DNA of 64,000 bases from Epithemia pelagica (lineage: Eukaryota > Protista > Bacillariophyta): positions 2,418,001 to 2,482,000 of the forward strand of contig OX337237.1 in assembly GCA_946965045.2 (NCBI GenBank). Reading direction: 5' to 3'. A program made the translations under genes and the position numbers. Below the pieces are notes generated by a model. That model was not told the origin of the DNA and did not search any database. It saw only the letters and a list, made by a program, of their open reading frames with translations. The first letter of the stretch is position 1, and every line of letters starts with the position of its first letter. This document shows, piece after piece, positions 12,601 to 22,698 of the stretch.

Positions 12601-13893
12601 TCCTATATCAACAAGAAGGTGATCTCATGCAGTCAACTTGTGGAATACAATGGACAGGACAACCAGGAACAGGCAACTGAAGATGTTGTTTTCCAATTCA
12701 GAGATATTGTCATACATGAAGGACCTTTGAGCAGTAACAACAACCCTGACTACAAAGGGAGTCGCTGGAATGTACTTGTTGATTGGGAGACTGGGGAGAT
12801 GATCTTTGAGTCTCCAACACCCACCATTACCATTGTCTATGGCAAGAAACATGACCTACTGAATGAACTTGGATGGAAGCATTTCAAGCATTTTGTCAAG
12901 ATCAGTGAATGCCTCATTCAAGCTGCTAAACAGCAGTCAAGAATCAAGCAGCTCAGGTTTTTTGTCAAGTACAAGTTTGGTTACCCACACGTTCCACAGA
13001 CACACAAAGAAGCAATTGTTTTAGACAAGCAACATGGCAAAAACAAGTGGCAAGACACTACCAATTTTGGACCCTCACAGATTCAATCACTCAAGACATT
13101 GAAGGATCATGATCAAGTTCAAGTCCATCTTGGGAAAATGTTAGATGCACAAGAAGAGTATCACAACAAGATTCAAGTCTATCTTGTGAAACATGACGAT
13201 AGATGCAAGGCACTTCTTGTCACGTGTGAACATTTTACCAAAGAACCAGTTGAGGCAATCTGTCCATGTGCTATTTCCTTGTGCAACTTCCATACTACCA
13301 TCTACCTTGGGCCTCTCAATGATATGGATATATGGAGAGCATACATTGGAAATGCATGCAACCTGAAAGCTTTAGCTGGGGAGAAGACCTTGATAGTCGC
13401 AAGACAAGAACTCAAGGAAACATGTCACATCTTGGTTACCTACTACAAGACCTCAAATGGATTTGATTCTTCAGGAGCACATCAACATGACTGTTTATTT
13501 GATGTCTTTCTTGATATGGATTTGTCACCAAGTAAAGCAATTCCCAATGTTTGGATGAAGAAAGCGCCCGGGGAGGAGAGTTCTGAAGGTATCTGCAACA
13601 ACTTTACACTCAAGAATGTTGGATTTATTATCAACTGCCTTGGACGTTTTTATACACCAATCCAGAAGATGTTCTCGGCAAACATTGGAAATTCTCCACA
13701 TGATAGACGATGTCCAAGACCTTCTTCTTCCTCTGGATTGGAAACAATCACAAGAACGACAAAGGAAAATAACAATCCTCACTCGACGAATTGTGGGGAG
13801 TGGCAGAATTCTCACCAACAACTAGGTGGTGGTGGAATCTACAACTCATCGACTGATGCTAGTATTTTATGGCATCCGATGACATTTTCGTAA
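9640..13893 (+). CDS. Gag fused to a degenerate, internally deleted pol remnant (1417 aa, uninterrupted)
   Basis: Gag-like KKGTKRD...; protease-like LIDHGANGGLAG; integrase core largely missing; RT remnants KHDDRCKALL, DIWRAYIGNAC; no YxDD, no RNase H; ORF ends inside the 3' LTR. Confidence 0.85.
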   Translation: MEPTTSTTPEFHPNQSISDQEVFDHITQVLFNFSKKRVDVLTKWMHHHAFDDILSIIEHMADDPEKNMDNMVKYKSGKQMHDLHINTSHQIKLLAYWYRQKSTDIQSIPSKATWMNLTKTEFDLWKINTDFRSGSPITDPVSPMKPPSHSTSPKSFSTTSAASQSQLDLTAFKKGTKRDTMAYETFKDERYYDTFWRTFKTTAKAQGLSHVLDFRYKPPTNDTYATELFQEQQIFLYSILVRIIQTDQGRAYVREHEHDEDARAVLEKLHTLHTKSDLAKREVLRLTNYISNLRLDDTWRGSSRQFLLHFQDKLRLLDNFVDLSDRIPDHTRMTFLMQAVEKVPDLRRVKILDNVVNTKSGAKSLRYQSYFSILMDAAYDHDQVTQSSATGRRRSVKQHEQHETQHDIEGSLQEDDAYQINNTNVQDDNTASPKASLPRDLWFKLPEDAGKVIVEYNKNVQAPTPSPRNVQQHSLDIDPEPDPDPGQDVFDDLDNLTYPQDDSDPATHLIHQAMTSTDLNHPASDLSNVLSNAASKTSKKVSFKQKEHKQKIHMAQYMFSQKSTYTGNQLIDHGANGGLAGADMRILSKTGRNITTVGIDNNELTGLPIVTCAAKFETNDGPIVGIFNEYAYYGKGQSIHAPCQLEHYGLSVDERSVTVDGKQRITTLDGRALPLCIKDGLAYIQYLGVPSDDDMDRSAKVDGKQCITILGGRAIPLHSKNGLSYIHSLGIPSDDDMDTLPQIIFTSPDIWDPGVLDHLHPASLPDSASNWQQVNTDGSMTHHPYDNDNYGEYTDRDVCNLTHLLDLPYDHGPDTPSFSSPLIGDSCSKLYHQDHNMRTEKRYPTVKKMSYVIINVSGHLPLRILNGRPPDFSQPLFFLLCDKVFSCTESYAPYLCPDASSGEESLPNKPNDKQADTVFICSKGEDPSAQMPTIKNCDKIFGQAFPYKPAEGNGEQQQACIIQHVNLEQDAFKQEACIKKYIFCKHNSYINKKVISCSQLVEYNGQDNQEQATEDVVFQFRDIVIHEGPLSSNNNPDYKGSRWNVLVDWETGEMIFESPTPTITIVYGKKHDLLNELGWKHFKHFVKISECLIQAAKQQSRIKQLRFFVKYKFGYPHVPQTHKEAIVLDKQHGKNKWQDTTNFGPSQIQSLKTLKDHDQVQVHLGKMLDAQEEYHNKIQVYLVKHDDRCKALLVTCEHFTKEPVEAICPCAISLCNFHTTIYLGPLNDMDIWRAYIGNACNLKALAGEKTLIVARQELKETCHILVTYYKTSNGFDSSGAHQHDCLFDVFLDMDLSPSKAIPNVWMKKAPGEESSEGICNNFTLKNVGFIINCLGRFYTPIQKMFSANIGNSPHDRRCPRPSSSSGLETITRTTKENNNPHSTNCGEWQNSHQQLGGGGIYNSSTDASILWHPMTFS

Positions 13894-14508
13894 AAGTGAG
13901 AAAAGAATGACGGCATGCTCGCAGACCTTTAAATTCGGCCAAGGCATGCTCGCAATGCACGTGTTATGAGCGACCGATCGGATATTAATTGTGGCCCAAC
14001 ACGTGCGCGCCCAATATTCTCAAGCGCGCGCAATCAATATCCGAGTACGCACCTCCACGACTAAGCCCAACGGCTTAAGTAACCGAAGCACGAATCACGA
14101 TCACGCGAGACCATATCTCTATTCCCACAAATCAAAGAATGCAAACAGCAACGCGCCAAGGAAACTACCTATATCATGACAAAGCAAGAGCTGTTGGCAT
14201 TGGTATATGATATACAAGTGCATATACTTCCAATACACAATATCCATGTCTACTCCAACCATACCAGTCCTGTCAGCGCCATGAATATATCAGTCATGCA
14301 CCCTGACCAGACCTGCACACCCACACACACACCGTAGTCCTAAAGCTCACAATCATTAACATTACCATATCATCACGTCTTCAGTGTCCTGACTATCCCT
14401 ACGATAGAACCCTTGGGTTTCCTTTGTTCTCTGACCCGTGGAGAACCTTGGTATCAGTTGGTAATCGATTGTGGCTCTTCTAGAGCGTGTATTGATGAAT
14501 CTCTACTA
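13801..14508 (+). repeat. 3' LTR of element B
   Basis: Direct repeat of 8355-9062. Confidence 0.96.
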
Positions 14509-14812
14509 ACGAAATAGCAAGCACGAAATTTGCCCAGGACAACCAGAGCGCTATCAAACTAGAGAAAAACGGAAGAGCTTCAGCGGGGAAGCAGTTGCGC
14601 CATGTGGATATCAGATATTTTTTCATAAAAGACCGAATCAAACAAGAAAATATCGACATCCATTACTGCCCAACGGAGGAAATGTTAGCAGATTTTTACA
14701 CAAAACCACTACAAGGGAGTCTTTTCATCAAGTTCAGAGACGTATTACTCGGACACAAGCCCATCGATTCCCTGCAAGGCTCCCCGTGCGACTCCTCGAC
14801 TCATGAGGAGCG

Positions 14813-15108
14813 TGTTGGAAATAATGACGAAGACAAAAAAATGATTCACGAGTCCTCAGAGCCACCCGGCGACCAAATTGAGACAATGACGAGAACTACT
14901 TATCGAAGCAGTCACGAACAATCACGCGAGCGAGAAAGTAAGCGCGTTACGTTCGCTGACGTGGTAAAATACGGGAAACCAAAGACGAGCGAGGCGAAAA
15001 AGACGAGTGCTCATTCTTTGGAGAGATAATCAAGAAAGTAAAGTAAAATTACGTTTTACATCTACGACGATAGCGACGAAGCTGACGGCATCCTTGCATC
15101 GTACAACA
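14813..15108 (+). repeat. 3' LTR of copia A (296 bp)
   Basis: Direct repeat of 2618-2911. Confidence 0.97.
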
Positions 15109-15151
15109 CTTCCTTCCTTCCCAAAGTGTGACACACACACACCAGGCAAGG

Positions 15152-17368
15152 ATGGACGGCCGTCGTCGGCTTGGTTCCACTTCTGGGACGACATCAACAA
15201 GCGACACTCTTTCATTTTGTCACAGTACAAGACGAATTGTCAGTCCAAAATGTTTCTTGGTGGTGATTGTTGTCATGGCGCTTGGCCTGAACTGGCCCTT
15301 GCGTTCCTCCTCTGTGGGTTGGGTTGGTTCCATCCACAACAAGAACAACAACAACGAAAAGATCTACCACTATCACCACTCCTCCAATGAACCCTCCTCC
15401 CAAACGAATACGACCAGCAGCCACAGTCACAGACCCTCATTTGCCCCCCTGGGAAAATTGTCCTGTCCTCCCCTCAGGGGCGTTTCTTTTTCTTCTTCTT
15501 CTTCTGCTGCTTCTGCTGATGAGGCCACGTTTGCACGTGTGGTTCAGGATATGGTATATTGGCGTGACAGTCCAAAGGACGCCACCATTCAGTCGCCCTT
15601 TGCCAACTCGACCCATTTCAAATTCTTGACCATGGAACCAGACGAAGCTGGTTTTAACAACAAACGCATGGCCTTTGAAACGGCCTTTGTCATTGCATTG
15701 GCAACCGGACGCATTCTGGTCTTGCCACCCGACATGGAATTTCCCATGCTCTTGTCGTCGTTGTCGTCCGAAACGGACCCGAGCCAACAAAGCTTGTTTG
15801 GTTTTGCCGATTTTTTTGACTTTGGCAAGGATTGGCCCATTATTTGGACCATGGACCAATTCTTGCACTACACCGTCCAAGGACACGTTTCGCATTTTGA
15901 GACGCGGCAAGTTACATATCCTCCCAATAATGTCACCAATTGGACAGGTGTCGCACATCCCGTGTTTGGCGTTGAGAAACGGTGGCAATGGTTGCGTGAC
16001 ATGGCCTATACGCCCCAATGGACCGAATGTGTCGTGGTGATTCCTCGCAACGACACAGTGCAAGCCTTGGAGGAAGTTCGAGAGTCATTGTGGAAACCCT
16101 TGTTTCAACAACAACAACAAGAAGAGAACAAGGACGACGACGATGACAACCATAACAACAAGGACCACCAACTATCTACAGCATGGGTTCCCAATCCTCT
16201 CAATGCTTCCGCCTTGGTTCGACTGCGCCACATGGTGGCGGATCGAGACCAATTGTGTGTGTACAATCGTGAATTGCACAATCGGGCGACCGTCCTGCAT
16301 TTGCAAGGGACACAAAACTCGGGTCATCGATTGTTAGTGCCCTTTTACGCCTTGGTCTTGGGTGTGGACGCCTCGTACGATGCCTGGATGAAACGAGTGG
16401 TGCGCGATCGACTCCGATATCGCGATGAAATCCAGTGTGCGGCCGCCCGTATCGTTCATGCCCTCCGAACCAAGGCGCGAATCGTCAATCGAGCCTTGTC
16501 GTCGTCGAATGACACGGTCGAACCAAATCCGCAACAGGAGGACGATGATTCCTTTTATACGGTCCACATTCGTCGTGGTGATTTTGCACAGCAATACAAG
16601 GCGGTGGGGTCCATGACAATGGAGGAAATTTTGCAGGATAATCTTTTACAGTGGATACCACCGGGCAAGGTGGTGTACCTGGCAATGGATCCTGCCCTGT
16701 TTGCCGGCCAGGATCAAACGCCAGCCTTTTTGGTCCCCTTGGAACGAGTCTATCGTGTCCACTATTTGCACAATTTTGCCCCGGAACTGGAGACGACGGT
16801 CCCTCTGCAGTGGCAAGGTATGGTGGAACAATTGGTGGCGGCCATGGGTACCGTCTTTGTGGGATGTTATTATTCCACCTTTTCGGCCTACATTACACGA
16901 TTGCGAGGCTATCACTCCCAAGTGCGTCGGGCCCCTCCTGGCTACGAAACGGGTGCCCTCCGGAATACCTATTACTATGCCCCCGCATCCATGGCGTCCG
17001 TCCGAACCCTCTTGCACGACACGAGTGGGGACGACTCTTTCAACAACAACAATGACCAACGAGTGCCATTGTATGCGCGCATGGAGGCTCCCTTTTGGAC
17101 ACGGGAATTTCCTCTCGCCTGGACCAACTTGGATCCGTGGTGGTATCGTGTTGTAGGAATGAATGGGACATGGTTCCTCTTGGACAGAAGAACTGTGAAA
17201 AGTTCCAGGGAAAGCGCGAATGACAGTCGATTCATTGGCATGAGTTTGGATCATATGGTAGAGACGAGCGACCATCCCAAATGGACGGTGGCCAACAGAC
17301 AGACACCGGTTTTGGAAGTGAAAGACAGGACTAATGGTTTCTTATTACTTCCCATTCGGCGCATGTAG
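15152..17368 (+). CDS. GDP-fucose protein O-fucosyltransferase family protein (type II membrane)
   Basis: TM FLVVIVVMALGLNW; FLTMEPDEAGFNNKRMAFE...GRILVLPP; VHIRRGDF; VEQLVAAMGTVFVGCYYSTFSAYITRLRGY motifs; the exact C-terminus may involve an intron. Confidence 0.8.
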   Translation: MDGRRRLGSTSGTTSTSDTLSFCHSTRRIVSPKCFLVVIVVMALGLNWPLRSSSVGWVGSIHNKNNNNEKIYHYHHSSNEPSSQTNTTSSHSHRPSFAPLGKLSCPPLRGVSFSSSSSAASADEATFARVVQDMVYWRDSPKDATIQSPFANSTHFKFLTMEPDEAGFNNKRMAFETAFVIALATGRILVLPPDMEFPMLLSSLSSETDPSQQSLFGFADFFDFGKDWPIIWTMDQFLHYTVQGHVSHFETRQVTYPPNNVTNWTGVAHPVFGVEKRWQWLRDMAYTPQWTECVVVIPRNDTVQALEEVRESLWKPLFQQQQQEENKDDDDDNHNNKDHQLSTAWVPNPLNASALVRLRHMVADRDQLCVYNRELHNRATVLHLQGTQNSGHRLLVPFYALVLGVDASYDAWMKRVVRDRLRYRDEIQCAAARIVHALRTKARIVNRALSSSNDTVEPNPQQEDDDSFYTVHIRRGDFAQQYKAVGSMTMEEILQDNLLQWIPPGKVVYLAMDPALFAGQDQTPAFLVPLERVYRVHYLHNFAPELETTVPLQWQGMVEQLVAAMGTVFVGCYYSTFSAYITRLRGYHSQVRRAPPGYETGALRNTYYYAPASMASVRTLLHDTSGDDSFNNNNDQRVPLYARMEAPFWTREFPLAWTNLDPWWYRVVGMNGTWFLLDRRTVKSSRESANDSRFIGMSLDHMVETSDHPKWTVANRQTPVLEVKDRTNGFLLLPIRRM

Positions 17369-17830
17369 GAGCGAGGCAGTGGACGTGTGAGTATTTTCTT
17401 GAAACAACGCTGGAAGCAGCTTTCCGACCGCCGTTGACAAGTGTCTCCATCTCAGCTTTCTTCAGGACGAGTCAAGGAGTGACACAATGGCATATCATCA
17501 TTCAATGGTCGATTTGGTTTCCAGTCAAAATATTATGGATGCAATAGCGGATAGGGTATTATCGTCTTTGTTGCGGAATTCGGAAGTGCTTACTCCGGGA
17601 CTTAAATCTTTTCAAACAGGAATTAAATGTAGCGCGAGCGCAGCCAGATGATGCGCCGGACGGCCTCATCCACTACAAAATACGAATTCTCACTCCATAC
17701 ACTCGCCAACACATGAATTCAGTTTTGATGGACGCGTGATGTTTAGAGCTCACCTTAACCACCATCAACATCTTCAGATAGCCTTGACACCATTATAGAA
17801 CTTTTACAATACTTGCTCCGACGACTAACA

Positions 17831-19134
17831 ATGAAACGTCAAAATGATCTAAGCGGCAACAAAACTAATGTTGGCTGGTTTGTTGTCATGGTTTTGATGG
17901 TTGTTGCATGGTGGACGATCTCAAAGTCACTACTGATGATCACCACCGACGAAAAAGCTCTCTTGATCCAAAAGCAAGCAGTGGCTTCAACGCAAGAACC
18001 TGTGGATCATGCAATGGAGAAATCGTCCAAGGATTCAGAGGTGACACTTCCGACCACCGCTGAGACGTTGGGTGTACAAGTCGGTCCGATTTGCCAGAAT
18101 CTTCGAAACATTCGGCGCTCCGGAAACTTTTCTTTGACCAGAAGATTCCTCGCCGACCAAGTCCAGACAACGTCGAACCAACGTATCATCTAAGTGCACA
18201 TTTGTTCGACTCTAAGCTTCATGGGCGTCTTCAAAAAACCAATCTTGCCCTCATCCGTCAACACTATGAGAACCATCGTCGTCCCCAAGATGATGGTGTA
18301 ATGTTTGACGTTGGAGCAAATCGAGGTATCTATACTTATTACGGGGCGACTTTGGGCTGGGAAGTTCATTCATTCGAGATCCAGGAAGAGATTTTCAAAC
18401 AACTCTCACATGCCGCACTCTACAACCCCAAGGCGGTTGCTGATAGAGTTCACTTGTACCCTATTGGTATTTCGAGAAACATCTCTCGATCTGGTCACGA
18501 TGACAAGGATGAAATGGCATACCTTGGCAAAACAAGTGACGCAGCAGAAAAACAGCTTCAAATGACATCAAAACTTGCTTCGAGCACGGAAGATGTTGAC
18601 TCATCGGAAGTGGCAATGTTCAGGGACGCGGGGTTGGGCGATGGGCCAACTTTAGCCATTCCCATGGACTGTTTGCTATGGCACGTGCCAGTGAATTTGG
18701 ATCGGGTCGATTTGGTGAAGATTGATGTTGAGGGCTACGAAATTGCAGCTATTCAGGGAGCGAAGCAGACTTTTTTCCGGCAGGACCATAGTGTCGGCGC
18801 TTTCATTGTAGAAGTCGGGCCCCGGCGATGGGACCGTGCAGGAACTACGCTTTCGGAGGGAATTGACGAACTACGATCCTTGTCCGACCTATTTGAGTAT
18901 TCCTACGTGATGCTGAGAGACTATATGGGTTGCCCAACCAGATTGGCCAATAAACTCGTTCCAAGGAACGACACCAGCCACAAAGACTTTCATGTTGTGG
19001 GGTTCGAGAAAATGTATCGCTTACGAACCGCCGACTGGCAACCCGTGTTAGAGGAAATGCATCGTATCTCAACGGATTGCAACTTTTGGTTCTCCAAATA
19101 TCCGTATGAGAGTGAATCAGGTGTACCTATGTAA
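17831..19134 (+). CDS. FkbM-family SAM-dependent methyltransferase with N-terminal TM anchor (frame change near 18040-18090: intron or indel)
   Basis: VMFDVGANRGIYT and DLVKIDVEGYE motifs; upstream TM WFVVMVLMVVAWW from ATG 17831. Confidence 0.8.
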
Positions 19135-19265
19135 ACACATAAGCACGCAAACTCGCATTCCCTAGTTCTCTATAATGTATAGAAAGTCTTTAGGTTTGAT
19201 ACATGACAAATTTTCAAGTTCTGGGGAGAAGAACCCGAAAACACCACTGATAGATGATAGCTTCA

Positions 19266-20651
19266 TCATTGCATGTTCCATTTAAAGCCAATTTCATTTA
19301 AGCGGTCGATCTTGCTCTGGAGGAGCTTGGATTTGTTTCGCGTTTTCGGGTCTTGGAATGCCTTATACTCGTGACGAAGATTCGTCACCCAACGCCCCAA
19401 GGTCCCTTCCTTAGTAGGAACAACACAGTGTCCATGCCTCTCTTTATACCGACATAAGTCTTGGAAATGTCGCTCAAAATTTGACTCTCCTCTTCGGTAG
19501 ACTACCCAGGTAAAGCCCAGGCGATCCAGATGATCCACAATGTCATTATTCAAAGATGAGGACGTATAGTGTCCTTCTTTGTTGTATGCTTTCTTCAGTT
19601 TCCTCACTCGCATCACCCTGCGATGAGAAATGCTTGCATCAGAAACGCAATGTATCAAGCACATTTCGAAAAGGAACAAGTCCTCATACACTTACCAGTT
19701 GCCCAGTGGTCCGTAGTTCTGTGGCACGTCGCAGTGACCATTCTCTTTCTTAAAAGCTTCCAACTCGGCAAGCCTTTCGTACGAACTTTCTACTGCACGA
19801 CCAGCCCTCTGCGACGACGACTGCTTAGCCGACGGTATCGCACAAGAGGAAATGCATTCTATGGGCACAGTATTTGCCTCCCCAACCTTCTCCAGCGACG
19901 CGGTACTTGGCGCAGGATATCCCCGAACCGCACCACCTTTTTGGTCAGGGCTGACCGTGGTCTCTTCCTCTTCTTTCCCTTCTTTGTCTTCTTTTTCTTG
20001 ATCAGCCTCATGGGACTCTCCAAGGCCTGACTTGGTGACGATTGTTTCTGTCAAAGGTGGATTGACAAGATGTGGACGGTAGTTTACCATCATTTGGGTC
20101 GATAGGTTTGTGGATTGGGAACACGACGTTTTCTTATTTAGAACAACTGGATTGTCTCCCCCATGTTGTCCACGTGCGTTGTAAGTCGGTTCTACAGTTT
20201 GCCTTTTCGCACTTTGCTGAGAGGCGTCTTGTTTCGTTTTCGCTTTTCTGAAACTGGAGGCCGTGCGTGGATGAAAGAAGCTGGACAAGCTTTGCCGAAT
20301 GTTGAAATCGTTTGCATTTACCGTTGGGATCTTTGGCTTTGATTGTTCTTCCTTGGTTTGGCTTGGAGTCTGGCGGTTCGCCATCTTCATGCTGCTTGTT
20401 CGCGTTGATGCGCACGGCTTTTTGGAGGACACACAAGACGTGAATGGTCCTTCTCGCTTGACGCCTGTGGTCGTCGGTCCTCGTAGTCGGGAATTTGCAC
20501 CCAATGCCATTGTTTTGGTGAGCAGTTTGGACGAAGGGTTGTTGCGTGAGCCCTTGGTTGTGCTCGGCTGTTTGAAACGTCCCTTTGGGTCATCGTCTTT
20601 GTTACTGGACAAACGACATAACACGTTCTTGCTTTTGTCGTCGTTGGTCAT
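19266..20651 (-). CDS. Helicase-associated (HA) domain repeat protein; intron 19618-19695
   Basis: LAELEAFKKENGHCDVPQNYGPLGNW|VMRVRK...LDRLGFTW and FQDLCRYKERHGHCVVP...LGRWV...LNEIGFKW; GTAAG...CAG intron restores the frame. Confidence 0.85.
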
Positions 20652-20924
20652 GCTTGTTTTCGGAGTGGATACCGGCTCTCATGCGCGAGTCCTTCATCGT
20701 GATCAGTTCTTGCGTCGGGGTGTCGTTCGGGAGGCACTCGTGGCGAAAAGTCGTTGGTCGGTTATGCGCGTTTGTGTGTTCGCCATACGCGGAGGGACGT
20801 CCAGTCGCGGAAATTTATGGCGCGCGTCGGCTTGCCTTCAATTTTCAGTCGCTGATTCTCGCTGGGAAAAGATCGCGCGCATCCTTCATGGGCAAGATTC
20901 TCTGGATGTTCTGCGTTGCTCTAA

Positions 20925-22698
20925 GGGCCTGTGTCCACGGAATGTGTTTTTGAGTTCTGAAATCGAGTTTCGAGTTTCGAGGTTGAGCCAATAGGTTATG
21001 GTCCCCTTGAAAACTCGAAAACACAACCTCGAATCCCCCAAATCTTGGCAATCCCCCAACGACCTTGCCAAGATTCTGAAATCGAGTTTCGAGTTTCGAG
21101 GTTTCCAAAGAGCCCCACTGTTCCCACTTCCCTCCGAGCACCAACAGCACCGGAAAAAAGATCCTCCGGAAGGCAGAAAGCATTGAAGGATACTTCCACT
21201 ATTGTTTGCAACAAAAGAAAATGAGTGACACAGATCATTTGACAGATTCTCTAGAGACAGAGGAATCAAGAGAACAGACCTCAAGACTTAGTAGACCACA
21301 TGGCCCAACCGCAACCCAGGCAACATTGGGTTCTACATCATCTCCCTCTGACTTGATGTTCACCACGCCAGTACTTGGCCGGTTTCAACAAGAACAAGGC
21401 AACCAAGGTGACTCCGACTCTGATGGTGATGAAGCTGAGAGGGAGTGTGATGCTCGCAAGAATCTGAAAGAGACCCAACCTGAGCTCAGGAACAAAGAAC
21501 AAGGCAATCAAGGTGACTCCGACTCTGTTTGTGATGAAGCTGAGAGGGAGTGTGATGCTCGCAAGAATCTGAAAGAGACCCAACCTGAGCTCAGGAACAA
21601 AGTACTCCTGGCCATGTGTATGGGGCTGAAGGCTCACACAAACAACAAGGGTGGGTGTGACCCGAAAGTGGATGAAGACTATAAAAATGCAAAGGGCAAG
21701 ACAGCTTTGCTTCCCACCGCAGATGACTACAAATCAGAGATTATCCGCCGCTTCCGACTTGAAAATCCTACAAGCAAAGACAAGGCTTGTAGCTCGTATA
21801 GTATTCCAAGATGCAAGGATTGGCTGTGTCAAAACCCAATTGTGAATCCGGCCTGCGTCTCATATATACACAAGAAGGAGAAGGCATTGCGCCGTCTCCT
21901 GCAAGCTGCCCATAGAGAAGAACAACAAAATGAAGTTTTGGCAGGACCCACCCGTGATGCATGGATTGGGATACTGCCCTGGCTTTGTCTCTACCATTGT
22001 ATGATGGAGGTGGAAGTGTTAGAGGCTTACATGAAAATCCATGACTGGGAAGATCGACAGGGAACTGACGCACGAAATTCTTCCATTCGTCCTCCATCAT
22101 TTTATGAACTATGTGCACAAAAATTTAACGACAAGAATTTTAATGTGACGACAAAAGCATTCCCTGACCTGCATGAAGATTTTGCTCATGAAATTGAGAT
22201 TCTGGGATCTAACGAGTCACTTCCTGCAAATGTGACTCCCGACAAGGTAAAAGAGAAATTGGGTAATGCTAGGTGCAAACTCCTCAAAGTAATTTCAAAT
22301 TGGGAGCGCAGTGGCAATGGTTCAGGGCAACGGGCGGAATCGCATGAAGACTTCGGTCATGTCAATGCTGCACACCAAGAATGGCTAAATGTGGTGCAAG
22401 GACACGGAAATGATGAATCTGAAGATGAGTTTATGGATGGAGACAACCGGAAGGCTTTTCTCGGTGGAAACAGGTCCCACATTTTATACATGTGGCAGGT
22501 GTTTGACGACCATCAAATTTTATACCATACACTCACAAAGCTCTCTATTACGGTTGCAGTCAGTTCAGGTAGTGCGACATCTTCCATTTGTAGTGGTAAA
22601 CGTGGAAGAGGTGCTGGTCGCCGCTCCCGGAAAGAACAACTTGAAGAAATAGTGCGTAAGAAACAGATGCTCGTACAAAGTAACATTGCTGTGTCTAT
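20925..22698 (+). repeat. Left inverted arm of the Harbinger element
   Basis: Reverse complement of 24226-25989 plus 32294-32303; only a few substitutions seen. Confidence 0.95.

Larger units (their letters stand above)
8355..14508 (+). mobile_element. Nested non-autonomous Ty1/copia-derived LTR element B
   Basis: 708-bp LTRs 8355-9062 and 13801-14508 with one substitution seen; TSD ACGAA (8350-8354, 14509-14513); GGGGAG PPT 13795-13800. Confidence 0.96.
3648..15029 (+). pseudogene. gag-pol polyprotein of copia A, inactivated (TAG at 7380-7382; element B inserted after 8354; resumes at 14514)
   Basis: RGG-rich N-terminus, CFHCQGPGHYASQC zinc knuckle, LLDSQS protease, ADNFY/HADNEF/QVERSIR integrase, ADIAGAYL and WYVDD RT, WVDASF RNase H; AQGYE joins IASTKFAQDNQSAIKLEKNG across the insertion. 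Confidence 0.95.
2618..15108 (+). mobile_element. Ty1/copia LTR retrotransposon A (CoDi-like), interrupted by nested element B
   Basis: LTRs TGTTGG...TACAACA at 2618-2911 and 14813-15108; 5-bp TSD CTTCC (2613-2617, 15109-15113); gag-PR-IN-RT-RH order; purine tract GAGGAGCG before 3' LTR. Confidence 0.97.

Noticed and set aside
20299-20994. Long antisense or alternative-frame ORFs (also 49383-50282, 29422-30111, 35390-37801 and mirrors)
   Set aside because: Shadows of real ORFs or low-complexity sequence with no domain evidence
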